Notes under the pieces: generated by a model
What the model saw: the letters and a program-made list of their open reading frames with translations, nothing else
The model's database searches: none
Told to the model about the DNA's origin: nothing
Position numbers and translations under genes: made by a program
Source of the DNA: Felis catus
Lineage: Eukaryota
Length of the DNA: 64,000 nucleotides
Reading direction: 5' to 3'
NCBI RefSeq assembly: GCF_018350175.1
Contig: NC_058374.1
Coordinates: forward strand, 81,778,001-81,842,000
Part shown: positions 12,315 through 25,600 of the stretch, piece by piece
How the letters are laid out: every line of letters starts with the position of its first letter
Position numbering within the stretch: the first letter of the stretch is position 1

Positions 12315-13099
12315 AATATTTATTTTGGCAAACAAAGGACATGCTAAAGAGTAAGTAGGTAAAATCTTAAAATTCCTAAATATCTGTATCTGTATGCTTG
12401 TTCCCATAGTCTCTTATATGCCACCTTACAGTTAACTTAATGTTTTTCCAGTCCATTTCCACTTCCACACCCAGATTTCCCCAATGCATTGTTTATTCAC
12501 TTGTTTTAAAATATGGTAAACTTTATTTCTCCTACAAAATTTTTTGGGAATGGAATTCTTTAAGACATACCCTATAACAGAATGTGAAAAATAGTTTTAA
12601 TTCTATTAATAAAAAATCCCTAAAAAATACATATAACAGCATATCATACTTTGAATGTAGAGTTTCAAAATCAGTGTGTTATTTCTTTTGTGTTTTCAAG
12701 ATATTCATCGGTAATTTCTTAACATTTAAAAATATACACTTCCTATATATCGTATGTTACATTCAGTCCTTAGAAGTAATATGTAGTAGTGAATTACACC
12801 TTAAATGTAGAGCTTTATATTTTGTGAAATTTAGTGCATATCATCAAGGAAAATATTGATCATGATATTGAGCACTATTTATAGAATTTCCATGTTCTTT
12901 GTTATTTAAATATATATATATATATTTGTTAAAAATTCAAAATGAATCCGATAAAACTAAAACACATGCCACTTTCCTAATTCATTGAGCATAATTTGTC
13001 AGTAGTGCATATATTTCTCCAGGGTCGGCTAATGAAGATTTCATTTGTTTGATTGAACCATTTTTCTCTGTTTCTTCACGTTCCTACTACCTTTTTACT

Positions 13100-14665
13100 G
13101 TTATGTACACATTTGAAAACACAACCATCTCTCACAGTCTTGTAAAACCAGATTTGTGCAGAGCAAGACCATCACCATTCAGTCCCCCTAGAGATTCTGG
13201 GGGCCTCTCAAGCCTTTTCTAAGGATGTGCATTCTCAGAATTTCACATGGATATTCCTAGTTAGATTTTACTCATTTTTTGCTTTTGATGGAGCTTGTAA
13301 TTTCTTTCTGAACTCTGTTTCTGTCTGGGGTAACTCAGGCCCTGCAAGCAACAGCAGGCCATCCAGATCCTTTTTGTCCTCAGCAGCCCATAGTCACCTA
13401 GAGTATGTCAGGCTCCCTGAGTTAACAAACAAATGTTTTTATTTTACCTTCACTTATTCCTTCTGCAACACTCTTCCTTACTTTATGGAAATCTGACTTT
13501 GTGAATTCTATTATTTTCCTTCTCTTTAAAGCATTTCTTTTAACATTTCCTTCAAGCTTGGAACACTGACAAAACATACACTTAAGTTTCTGTTTGTCCA
13601 AGGAATTCTTTATTTCTTCGGGGTGTTTTTGTTTTGTTTTGTTTTCTTCTGTTTTGTTAGATTTTCAATCCTCTGCTTATGTCACCTTTCTGTTCTTACA
13701 TTGCATCTGCTTTATCCAGAAGCACCCTTATCATATTAATCATAGTTGGTTTAAATTTCCAGTCTAATCATTCTACCACCTCTGTCATGTCTGGTTCTGA
13801 ATCATTCTCTGCCTCTTCAAAACTTTTTTTTTTTCCTTTTTTAAGTCTGTACTGTTTTCTTAACAACCAGACATGATGCACTGGGTGAAAAGAACTGGAG
13901 CAAATACCCTTTAGGGGCTGTGATAGGCATCGAGGGAGGAGAAGCATTCCACAGTCCTATGATTAGGTCTCAGTCTCTTAGTGAGCCTAGGCCTCTGGAC
14001 TGTGAACTTCGTAAGGGGTTCTCAGTTCTTTCTCCCCAGTTAAGTCAGACAGGAAACTTAGAGTGGGCTAGAGTTGGGTATTTGCCTTGTCCTACGTGGA
14101 AGGCTAGAGGACACTGGAGTTGGGTATTTTACTCCCTGGGTCAGTTAAGCTCTGATAGTGTTCCAGCAGGTTAGTCTCTGGCCATCTAAGATTTCTGTGA
14201 GGGCAGGCTCTCTCAACAACAACACAGTGCTCTGGTGCATTTCAAAATGGTTCCTTTTCTCCTGCCCCTGACAGAAGCATGAGGTGATTTTTCTCTGACA
14301 TTCACTATCTGAACCTGGTTGAGCTCCTGGAAGCATATCTCAAAAATGGGACGGGGGCCTCATATATCTTGGTCCCCCCAGAGCTTTCAACACTGAGTTT
14401 CTTCCCTGAACCTCCACAAATTATCAGTTTACTTCAGGTTTTCCTGTGCTGGCACTGGACCTTGTGGTGGTTTTGGCTCCCAGGTCTCTGTTGCCTTAAA
14501 CCTTCACTTCTTGTATTTATCTGTTTGATTTTCAATCTTAAGGACAGTGATTTGCCTTCCCTAAGGATAAAAAGAGAGTGGATTTTTCAATCTGCTCATC
14601 TTTTTTCCTTATTGTTAGACTTGAGTGGTGATTTGCAACTCCTTACTTGCAGAACTGAAAACTGA
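13100..14665 (-). mobile_element. Ancient L1M 5' UTR/ORF1-region fragments
   Basis: Higher GC. Reverse complement of 14580-14665 resembles the L1 5' start at about 51670. T-rich ORF1-antisense segment at 13450-13850. Confidence 0.55.
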
Positions 14666-15096
14666 AGGTGTCCTCTGTCTTCAAACACATTGTTTTTCCA
14701 TTTAATCTCACATTTCCATATGTTTGTTTCATGAGTATCGGTGCATATCAAGCCACTCCTTACAGAAACAGAAGGCTCCACATAATGTTTTATTTAATTC
14801 TCTAAAAACTTGCAAATTCATTGTTAATCCTATTTTATAAATGAAGAAAGGCCTTTAACAATTTTCCAAGATTGCAACATGAATAAATATCATAGCTTGC
14901 ATTTGAACCTCTCTCTTGGACCTAGGATGCCATTTTAAAAATCTTTCTGGTAAACTGCCTCCCATTGGTGTTCTTGTATATCACAAGCACATATATCAAT
15001 CAAAAAAATTTTTTTTGAAAATTTTGAGCCCTAATGTAACAAAGTTTTGTATACATGAAAACGTGAGTAGAAATTAAAGAAATCTGTTAAAATAGC

Positions 15097-15309
15097 GTTT
15101 TTTCAACGTTTTTTATTTATTTTTGGGACAGAGAGAGACAGAGCATGAACGGGAGAGGGGCAGAGAGAGAGGGAGGCACAGAATCGGAAGCAGGCTCCAG
15201 GCTCTGAGCCGTCAGCCCAGAGCCTGACGCGGGGCTCGAACTCACGGACCGCGAGATCGTGACCTGGCTGAAGTCGGACGCTTAACCGACTGCGCCACCC
15301 AGGCGCCCC
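15097..15309 (-). mobile_element. Young felid SINE (CpG-rich)
   Basis: gcgccacccaggcgcccc end, intact CpGs, TSD taaaatagc. Confidence 0.95.
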
Positions 15310-16896
15310 TAAAATAGCTTTTTTAATAGATATGGTGGTTATGCTGATTAGTCGTGATATGAATAATTAGATCATCAGCCCCAAATTACTTTGATCTCCA
15401 AATATAATTTTATTAGATATGAGGGTTGAATCAGAATAAATTAGAGTGTTTAACAAGCAAAGAATCACTATTTTGGGGAAACTTTTGATGAACATGTGAT
15501 TCAACAGAAAGCTTAGAACATGTTGAAAGTGGACTTTTGTATAAATTCATGTTAGAAAAATGACTAAGAAATAATGGGATCAATAGGGCATATTACCTAG
15601 TATAATGGAGTAAGTTTGCTGATTAAAAACTGGCTTGGTGTAGTAGAAAAAGTTCTGAACTGAGAAACAGGTTACTTTATTTATATCTGTCACAACATTT
15701 TCTCTCATCGGTTTACCCTTGATTTTGGTAATTATAGGCAGTGGGACTCGTATCTATTTTGATTCCATTTTATTCCTAGTGTTTTGTATACTATTTAAAG
15801 ATAGCAGGTCCTGGAAAGATATTTGTTGAATGAAAACAAATAGTGCATGAGTCAACAAGCTTCTTTTTTTGCTGTTGCTAAAATGGACAAAAAGGAATCT
15901 GAATTGTAAAATCAGGACACATTTCCAGATATTATGCTTTCATTAATTACAGGGTTAAACCCAGCACATCTTTCAAATGGGAAAGGACCTTCTGGATTGT
16001 AGATCCTTCTCAAGAATTAGCACCATTTCTATTTTGCGAGAATGATTCTTGGAAAGTGTTGAAGAGTTCAATGAGTATTTAATCCATATTTTTTCACGCC
16101 TTTCGATGGGAATCCAGGGAGCACTGAACTCTATCCCACTCTTTTTATTGCTCTGCATTCAGCATTTCTGAACAATTTATGTGATACTACTAGCTTGGAG
16201 AGTCACTTTAATGGAGACATTTTAGTGTATGATAAAAATGTAATGTTTTCATGTAAGATTAAGTTGTCCCAGTATTTAACTCAGCAAGAAAAGAAGTGGG
16301 GGCCTCAATTTGTCAAAGAAATTCTGATTTAGGAAATTCAGGAGACCTCTCCCAAAAGCTTTGCAACCAAGTTATTTTCTCACTTAGATAATATGCAAAA
16401 TATTCCATCCGTTTCTGGCTTACTTCACATGCCCTTTGTAACTCTTTGGGTATTATCACAAAAGTTTGCTGTTCCAATATTGGTGCAAATGTTGATAACA
16501 TTTTTATAATCCCTTAGTGTCCTTTCCTCTAAGCCCTTGTTGGCACATATGATTCACTTGAGTAATAGCCATGAGAGATAGGTAGTTATCGTAGATAAAA
16601 CATGTACCTATGCAGGTGAAAGTCCATATAGAATCTTTGTCCAGAAAGGCCAAAGCACCTCCAAACCTAGCTTGTCTTCACTATTTTTGCTCCCATAATT
16701 ACAATGGAAAATGAGTAATAGAATATAAACTATGATTTTTAGGAATACTGAATCTCCTAACCTAAAACTGAAATAGTTGTCAATGTGGATTTTTGTCATT
16801 TCAACCAGCTGATGCAGAACATTTGTATGACAAGTAGAGGTAAGGCTGTAAAGTTGAAGCCAATGAAAAATTTCCTTTTCTTAGCACTGATTCATT

Positions 16897-17043
16897 CTTT
16901 TTTTTAAATTTTTTTTTTAATGCTTATTTCTGAGACATAGAGAGACAGAGCATGAGTGGGGGAGGGGCAGAGAGAGAGGGAGACACAAAATCATTACCTG
17001 AGCCAAAGTCGGTTGCTCAACTGACTGAGCCACCCAGCACCCC
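16897..17043 (-). mobile_element. CanSINE with internal deletion
   Basis: Jumps from gagacacaaaatc to acctgagccaaagtcgg; flanking repeat tgattcattc. Confidence 0.85.
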
Positions 17044-17239
17044 TGATTCATTCATTCTTAACTCAACTTTTCATCAGATCATATAGAAAAATTAGGGGTT
17101 GCTATTTCTTTCTGAATGTATCAAGGATTATGAAAAATGAGCATGTTACATTTCCTGTTTCTCATAATTTATTCCTTTATTAATTTTCAAAATTATTTTC
17201 TCTGAGTTTGGTCTCCCCCATTGAATATAGGTGTTGAAT

Positions 17240-17710
17240 ACTAGGTAGCCCATACTCAATTCTATCATTTAGTAGCTGTCTGACCTTGTTTATGTTATTT
17301 AACCTCTCATTGTCAGTTTCTTTTAACCAACACAGGATTATAAACATTAGTAAATGAGGTAAGAACATACAGCATTAGCAGTCTCTCACATGAGGGACTA
17401 CAAAAATAGTTTTTGTTATTTTGCACCGGGGCTCTATTCCTCATGTGATCACTGATTTTATTTTTAGGAATAATAAAGATACTAGTAACTGCTGTCTGGG
17501 AGTACATGCTATAAAATTTTTGTACAATTTAATTTTACTTTGTATTTAAATTAGCTCTATATCCATTATATATTATTCTCATTTTAAAATTTAAAAATAT
17601 TCTAAAACTCAGAGAGATTAAGTAACTTGTCCAAAGTTACTATACTATAATGTAGCTAAGTTGTATTTTTAACTTTACTTAATTTCTCTTTGAGTGCAAA
17701 GCCCACAGGT
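17240..17710. mobile_element. Two MIR relics in opposite orientation
   Basis: tagctgtctgaccttg...aacctctc (+) and ctcagagagattaagtaacttgtccaa (-). Confidence 0.6.
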
Positions 17711-18193
17711 TGCCCCAATAATACCATGCATTATAAATTAATATTAAATTCTGATGCCTTAGGTTTTATAAGAAGTCCTTCCCCTTTTTAAATTGAAAAT
17801 GACCTACAAATATAGTTACCTGGTTAACAGACTGAGATAATCAGGGTTTAAGTAGAATAGCTACCTATGAGAACCTACAGATTTAGAAGTTTTTAGATGA
17901 TTACTGTTTTCCTTCATTATTCCTATTCATATTGGTTGGTGCTCTGATCTGACTTGGGATTTAAATATCCCCTTTCTATTAGAATAAAAAAGCAAGGTCA
18001 TATCTTTTTTTCAGAGGACTCAGGTAAACTGCATTCTGAACAAACTTTAGGAATACTCTAAGGCATTACTAAAATAATAATCCGAAAAAGAATCTAAATT
18101 GGTTCATCTCATGAGATTGTTTGCATTCAGTCACCATGAAGTTCTTACATGATATTAGATGTCACCAAACATACGTCAAAAATGGAATGAATT

Positions 18194-18430
18194 GGGGCGC
18201 CTGGGTGGCGCAGGCGGTTAAGCGTCCGACTTCAGCCAGGTCACGATCTCACGGTCCGTGGGTTCGAGCCCCGCGTCAGGCTCTGGGCTGATGGCTTGGA
18301 GCCTGGAGCCTGTTTCCGATTCTGTGTCTCCCTCTCTCTCTGCCCCTCCCCCGTTCATGCTCTGTCTCTCTCTGTCCCAAAAAATAAATAAAAAACGTTG
18401 GAAAAAAAATTTTTTTTTAAATTAAAAAAA
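18194..18430 (+). mobile_element. Young felid SINE
   Basis: TSD aaaaatggaatgaat. Confidence 0.95.
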
Positions 18431-19314
18431 AAAATGGAATGAATCATTCCAGAAAAAAAATAGTACTTGGTGTAAACCAATTACTCAAGATATCAGATTA
18501 AACCAGCATTTTGCTCTCTATTTTGACAAACTGGCCTAACATACAGACCTACTACCAAGAAAAAGACCGTCAAGTGAGAGAGACACAGAGAATTGGAAAA
18601 CTGCATAGTAATGTTGTGGGTACAAATTGCCTTGAGGATATACGCATTCATACCTTTTTTGGGAGTTTTAACTTGAGAGATTTCAGCACACATAGAGAAT
18701 GCAGAATGATACAGTTAGTTTCCAACTAAATTGTGGAATTTAGGGAGACTCTAACCATCTCTCCTAATTATTAAAACAAAACAAGGAAACGCAAGCTCTT
18801 ATACCTTAATAGGTCTTTTTACGTTGTTGCATTTTAAGTTGGACATAGGAAGACGCTATTCTCTTCTCAACAAAGCCATCCTTAAAATTCATATGAAATG
18901 GCAGAGGTGTCCTAAAAGTCATTTATTTAAATAAAATATTTAGTTGGTGCTTATTATTTTATTCACATGCATCAGTTATTTCATTTAGCACAACAGCAAG
19001 TATTTGTTCATTAAATAGGTTAATTTTCACTTTCATGAGCCACCCAACATAGTTCAACAAAGATACCCAGGATGGGTTAAAATTCATTGAAACAAAAAGG
19101 GGCAGGGAGCATACTAAATTTGTGATCATAAGTTACATGTGACGGGGAAGAAGAAATATGGACGAGTGGTCAGGAAGGAAAGCCTAAAATGATGTTTTAG
19201 ATTCTTGGATAAATGTTTCATTACTCCACCAAAAACATCACAGAAATGGTTGAGAGATCAAAGGATCTATACAGCTATTAATTATAGAGGATTGTTAACC
19301 AAGAACAATGACCT

Positions 19315-19495
19315 TTATTTTTTTAAAGATTTTTTTAATGTTTATTTTTGAGAGAGAGTGTGTGAGCAGGTGAGGGGCAGAGAGAAGAGGGTAGATCTGA
19401 AGCAGGCTCTGCTGACAGCACAGAGCTGCTGTGGTGCTCAAACTCATGAACTGTGAGATCAAGACCAGACCCTAATTGAGCCACCCAGGCACCTC
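19315..19495 (-). mobile_element. CanSINE
   Basis: TSD caagaacaatgacct. Confidence 0.9.
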
Positions 19496-19869
19496 AAGAA
19501 CAATGACCTAATTGAAATATCTATTATACACTTGAATTGCCATAAGTTTGTTTACAAAATATGTCATTATAATGTCTGTTTCCCCAAGTAAGTGCTCTTC
19601 GGCCTGTTTTCTCCAGCCCCTGAGAAATAACAAAAGAAATACTCATTTCTTGTGAAATCTCACACACTTTCCCAATAGCATTAGCACTATCCATCTTATC
19701 TGAAATTTACCTTCTAATCTACAGCAATATTTTTGGCTACACAGGGAAGTGAGTGAGAAGACAGCTCAAGCATGTAAGAGAAAAAAAACCAAAAAATTCA
19801 CAGTATTATCACGCATTATATACTACAAATCAACAATCTGACATCTTTAAACTAAATATTCTATTGCAA

Positions 19870-19970
19870 AACTTCTCTCGGGACACAGAACTGAAAACCT
19901 AACTATTTAATGAGAATGCCCAGAGTAAGGGATATGATAATGGACTAGTTCAATTCATTGAGGGAACTTT
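19870..19970 (+). promoter_or_regulatory. Candidate OR promoter/enhancer with O/E site and extended homeodomain site
   Basis: TCTCTCGGGA (19874-19883) and AACTATTTAATGA (19901-19913), 1.1 kb upstream of ATG 21035. Confidence 0.55.
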
Positions 19971-21034
19971 TAGCTTCTCTCTAAAATGCATTGATGATGA
20001 TGATGATGATTATAATTCGGGAAGAGAAAATAAAGGGATTTCATGTGCTATTTCCTTGATTATCCCAGGTGTTGACAAAATAAAGCTTCTACAAGTAAAG
20101 CCTAATGTACATAGAAAGAAAAATATAAAAATACTATACGTGATAGAAAGCAGAATATATATACAGAGAGAATACACTACAAGGTTTAGATGGAAGAAAT
20201 TTTGAAGGAAAAAAGTTCTGTAGAAGATAATGTTTATTTTAGATACTCATACAATTTTGCTTCCTTAGCCCATGAAATACGTAAATCCAATCTACTAAAT
20301 TTCTGCTCTGCCTTTTCCGTATTCTGTACACTGTAGAATCTGAGGACATTAACATTATGGCAATGAATTCATTATCTGTGGCTTGAGATGAGGAGTAGGT
20401 GGTTGAAAGGAGAATGTGAGCCAGAATGAAAACAGAAATTTGTCACATTGTTAAAGATTTAACATCAATGACTTTCAAATTTTGGAGACCTCCCCATTTG
20501 AAGGACCTTTTTCCTGACACATCTGTCTTTCTATATTTTACAAGTAAGTGATAATACAGAAAATTCAGTGTGAGGAATGAGCAAATGAGACACTTTTATT
20601 GTGGTTGGAAAAAGGACAAGGAGTTTCCCAAAAAGAAGGCAACCCTTGAGAGAAGTATTTCTGTGTCAACAGGCAGGATTTCTATTCCAGTTATCAAACA
20701 TTCAGAAAAAGCTGGGTTAAAATCCCTGTTTTCTCATTTAGGGTATATGACTCAGAGAGGATTTTTAATAACTGTTTTAGATTCAGTTTCCAATCTGTAA
20801 AATAAGGATTTTAAGAAGAAACATTCTACGTAAAATACAGAGTCTGCCGTATGGCAAAAACGTACTTTAAAACGTGTTACCTACTTTTATTAAGTTGTCT
20901 TAAAGATCTCCTAAATTAAATCAGTGTGGTATAATATGTTTACTTCCGGAGACATATTCCAGCAGTATCCATGAATAATCCTCTAATCCTTCTATTTGTG
21001 CTTTTCCCTCTAGATTATACAAGAGAAGAAAAAT

Positions 21035-21973
21035 ATGAGAAACCACACAGAAATAACAGAGTTTATCCTCCTGGGATTGTCAGATGACCCACAGCTTCAG
21101 GTGGTGATCTTTGTCTCTCTGCTCATCACCTACATGCTCAGCATCACTGGCAACCTGACCATTATCACCCTTACCCTGCTGGATTCCCACCTCCAGACCC
21201 CCATGTATTTCTTCCTCAGAAACTTCTCCTTATTAGAGGTTTCATTCACAACTGTCAGCATACCCAAGTTCCTGGGCACTATGATTACAGGAGATAAAAC
21301 CATTTCCTTTAATGATTGTATGACTCAGTTTTTTTTTTTCATTCTCTTGGGAGTCACTGAATTTTGCCTTCTGGCCGCCATGTCCTATGACCGTTACATT
21401 GCCATCTGCAAACCTCTCCATTACATGACCATCATGAATCACAGAGTCTGCATACTCCTTGTCTTTGCTTCATGGCTAATGTCATTCTTAATCATATTCC
21501 CATTACTTATGCTGTTCATACAGCTTGATTACTGTAGGTCCAATATTATAGACCATTTTACCTGTGATTATTTCCCCTTACTACACCTTTCTTGTTCAGA
21601 CACAAAATTCCTAGAGATAGTGGGTTTTTCCTGTGCTGTGCTTACTCTACTGTTCACTTTGGCATTAATAATTCTGTCCTACATATATATCATCAGAACA
21701 ATTTTGAGGATTCCTTCTGCTAGTCAGAGGACAAAGGCCTTTTCCACCTGTTCTTCCCACATGATCGTCATCTCCATCTCCTATGGCAGCTGCATTTTCA
21801 TGTATATTAATCCATCAGCAAAAGACAGAGTGTCTCTGAGCAAGGGAGTTGCTGTGCTAAACACCTCAGTGGCCCCCATGCTGAACCCCTTTATTTACAG
21901 CCTAAGGAATCAGCAAGTCAGGCGAGCCTTCATGGACAGGGCAAGAAAGATTGTATTCTTCTCAAGAAAATGA
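21035..21973 (+). CDS. OR6C1: Olfactory receptor 6C1-like, intact, 312 aa
   Basis: [60 protein letters not shown]; splice acceptor ccctctag ending at 21013. Confidence 0.96.
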   Translation: MRNHTEITEFILLGLSDDPQLQVVIFVSLLITYMLSITGNLTIITLTLLDSHLQTPMYFFLRNFSLLEVSFTTVSIPKFLGTMITGDKTISFNDCMTQFFFFILLGVTEFCLLAAMSYDRYIAICKPLHYMTIMNHRVCILLVFASWLMSFLIIFPLLMLFIQLDYCRSNIIDHFTCDYFPLLHLSCSDTKFLEIVGFSCAVLTLLFTLALIILSYIYIIRTILRIPSASQRTKAFSTCSSHMIVISISYGSCIFMYINPSAKDRVSLSKGVAVLNTSVAPMLNPFIYSLRNQQVRRAFMDRARKIVFFSRK

Positions 21974-22106
21974 AAAAAATAAAAGTACTGTCATAAATTA
22001 AAGGCATAATGAAGAATAGTTAAAAAAAATAGGGCCCCTCAAAAATCTATTAAATACACATAGCCTCACTGGAGTTATTTTTCATTGCTTTTATTTCTAT
22101 TGCCAG

Positions 22107-22264
22107 NNNNNNNNNNNNNNNNNNNNNNNNNNNNNNNNNNNNNNNNNNNNNNNNNNNNNNNNNNNNNNNNNNNNNNNNNNNNNNNNNNNNNNNNNNNNNN
22201 NNNNNNNNNNNNNNNNNNNNNNNNNNNNNNNNNNNNNNNNNNNNNNNNNNNNNNNNNNNNNNNN
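22107..22264. other. Assembly gap
   Basis: N run. Confidence 1.
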
Positions 22265-22888
22265 TCCCTCTTTCATTCATTTCCCCACCTTTGAGCTAGT
22301 CTTTCCACTCTGTAACTATGAGCTTGGCCTCAGTTCCTTCTTTTAAATAGTTTTAAATTCCAGGTTTTCCACAGTAATTCTTAGAGAATTAAGACACAGA
22401 AAAAGACAGAGCAAGAGCATTGGGGAGAAAGATGTGTTTTATAATTTCATCAGGAAATACTCTTTTTAGAAATTCAGAAAATATTCAATCAAGTTTAACA
22501 TTATTTTAAATTTACTATACAAAGACTGTAAATACAGCTTGACAGCCTTATTAGAATATTGCAGTTACTATCCTCTCCATATTATAGCACTATTAGTAAT
22601 TATATAAGATACAGTACCACTGAAAGAGAAGTGTAATTATATATATTTTGAGAAATCAAAAACCATCTTTCATTACCCAGTTTAAAATTTTCTGTGCCAA
22701 ATAATTTATCAATTTAAAACATAATTAGGAAAACTTGAATTAATCCTTTTTTTTTTTTTTGGAATTCCATAATTATCAGATACACAATACCAGTTTAAAA
22801 AAAAAAAAAACCTGAAGAAATAAATATTCCTAGATACCACTTATGACTACATATGGTTCAGGGGTATATTTAAACAAGTGCTTAATCT

Positions 22889-23103
22889 TTTTTTTTAATT
22901 TCTTTTTTAACGTTTATTTTTGAGACAGAGACAGAGCATGAATGGGGGAGGGGCAGAGAGAGAGGGAGACACAGAATCTGAAACAGGCTCCAGGCTCTGA
23001 GCTGTCGGCACAGAGCCCGACGCGGGGCTCGAACTCACGGACCGCAAGATCGTGACCTGAGCTGAAGTCGGACGCTTAACCGACTGAGCCACCCAGGCGC
23101 CCC
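22889..23103 (-). mobile_element. SINEC_Fc-type SINE
   Basis: TSD agtgcttaatctt. Confidence 0.95.
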
Positions 23104-23499
23104 AACAGTGCTTAATCTTAAACTGCTCTTTTTGATAATCAATGCCTAAGAGTTATAACTTTCTCTTATCTTTACTGGCTATTTTGATATAACAGTTTAC
23201 AGGAACAATTCATTAAAGTGCAAATGATGCCTTCTTTATTTCACAATATACTTTGTTCATAATATATATACTTTGTTCATAGAAAACTTATTTAACAAAA
23301 ATCTATTACAAGCCCACCATCACTGCTCTTATTCTGCACTCCACTGACATTTCTATCCAGGGCATTAGCACAAGAATAATAAATACATTTAAAACTACTG
23401 GAAAAGAAGAAACAAATAAATCTTTCTTTGCAAAGAACATTATTTTCCTCCTACGGCCTTACTGCATTTACACTAAATGTTTCTTAACCGTGACATACT

Positions 23500-24035
23500 C
23501 CCCTCCCAGATATCTGCATGGGATAGGCCAGACATCCACATGTCCCCTCAATAAGGCCCACCCCAATGACGCTATTTAAAATTTAGTGGCTCCCCACTTC
23601 CAAGGTTTTTAAATTTTCTCTTCCTTTACAAAACATTGATTAATTTACAAGAGACCATATAATGTACTAATCAATCATGTCCATTGCTTATTGTCTGTCT
23701 CACACCCCTCCCTCACCCCATGAAAGCAGGGATCTCTGTCCACTTTGTACACACAGTGATGTGTTCCAGCAGTGCTGTGCTGGCACCTGCCTTTACACTT
23801 CCCAACAGCCAACTGTGCTTGTGTCTCCTCAATTCTGCATTCAGAAAGGCCACATCACCTGCCAGGGTGCGGGACTTTACATCTTAAAAATTGATAAACT
23901 CTACCGATGGGCTCCTCACCTCCACTCACTGAGAGGCAGCTGTTAAACATTTACTGGAAGTCACTATTCCTCCTCATTTAGCACATGTGTCTGCCATGTA
24001 GTGGGTATTCAATAAATATTTTTTGAATAAATAAG
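23500..24035 (+). mobile_element. L2 3' relic
   Basis: ccatgaaagcagggatct...gtagtgggtattcaataaatattttttgaat terminus. Confidence 0.65.
23766..23966. mobile_element. MER63-like hAT MITE nested in L2
   Basis: cagtgctgtgctgg...tgttaaacatttactgg termini match the recalled MER63 consensus. Confidence 0.6.
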
Positions 24036-24674
24036 TTTAAATAATGTAGAATGGCTCCAGTGTCCTAGCAATCAGAGCACTATTTTGTCCAACAGAAACA
24101 CATGCTATTTATATAATAATGTACATGACACTGAGTTAGCTTTTAAAACAATGTTCAAATAAAATGTGTATATCATAACTAGACAACGTTCAATGAGAAA
24201 GAAATAATTGAATATTTCTAATGCATTTGATGTTCATTTTCTTTTATTTTACATTAGGCCATCTAAAAACTACATACAAATTTATTTCTTTGACTTTTCA
24301 TGAAGTCAATGATAACACTTCTTATTAAGGTTTTCCTACTGAGCTTTCTAATAGTAGGAATTCCCATGATGCAAACCCTTATTTTCCTCATAGAAAAATT
24401 CTTATAACTATTTGGGATACACCAAGAAATGTATGAAATCCAACATCATCTGTCAATTGATACACTTCTGAAATTATAAATTCAACTTATAGAATAATAG
24501 GTCAATTAACTGATAGTATTCAGTAAATGGGAGATCAATCACACATCCTGCAGGGGCAGGATAGCTTACCTAAAAAAAGGATGTTAATATATCACTGAAA
24601 ATAATTAGTTATATGCACTGGAATTATTTAGTAATATGATGTCAGTTCAGGCTTTCAGAGAAAGTCTTTAATAA

Positions 24675-24846
24675 TTTTTTTAAATGTATTTTATAGAGAG
24701 AAAGCAAGAGGCGGGGAGGGACAGAGGGAGAGAATCCCAAGCAGGCTCTGTGCTCAGCATATAGCCCAAAGTGGGGCTTGATCCCTTGGCCCTGAGATCA
24801 TGACCCTAGCCAAAATCAAGTCTCAACTGACTGAGCCACCCAGGCT
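24675..24846 (-). mobile_element. Older CanSINE
   Basis: gagaatcccaagcaggctc...ctgagccacccagg. Confidence 0.85.
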
Positions 24847-25394
24847 CAGAACTCTATGAGAGGTCCTTCTAAGAAAGTCTTAAATTATTTGGATCCCTTA
24901 ACCACTTGATTTAATAAATTTTATTTTATGATTTTGAACATGTTACAGTAAAACATTATTTGTAACTGTAGGAGAGTGAAACCTGGTAGCTGAACAATGT
25001 TTCATTGGCCTTAAACATAGTCACTCATCAACCTCACAAGACATGAAGGTAATGGACACATTACTAAAAACCTGATGTCCTAGTATCTTTTGGATACGTA
25101 GCAGGTATAATCAGCCTTAACTAAAAGTAAATTATGAGGAGGTCCAGAGAAAAGCTAGACAGCTATTAATTAAGCTATTAATTAAATTGAGATAATTTAA
25201 GTGTATGGTCAGCGCCTGGTAATCAATAAAAGCTCAGAACAAAACAGAATCACTATTTGGAAACAAAAATAAAGGCAAAGGAATAGAATTTTCATAAGTA
25301 GAAAATCAGTTTCACTATCTCTATTGAAATATATTGAATGAATATTTTCAATTACTGTTTTAATATGTATCAATTATAAATTCAATGCATCTCA

Positions 25395-25600
25395 GGGTGC
25401 GTGGGTGGCTCAGTTGGTTAAGCGACCGACTCTTGGTTTTGGCTCAGGCCATGATCTCATGGTTCATGAGCTCGAACCCTGTGTTAGGCTCTGTGCTGAC
25501 AGAGCAGAGCCTGCTTGGGATTCTCTCTCTCTCCCTCTCTCTCTGCCCCTCCCCTGCTCACGATCTCTCTCTCAAAATAAGTAAATATTTTAAAAAATAA
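25395..25600 (+). mobile_element. CanSINE
   Basis: TSD taaattcaa(tg/ca)catctcag. Confidence 0.92.

Noticed and set aside
18194-18275. tRNA-like A/B boxes
   Set aside because: These are tRNA-derived SINE heads, not tRNA genes.
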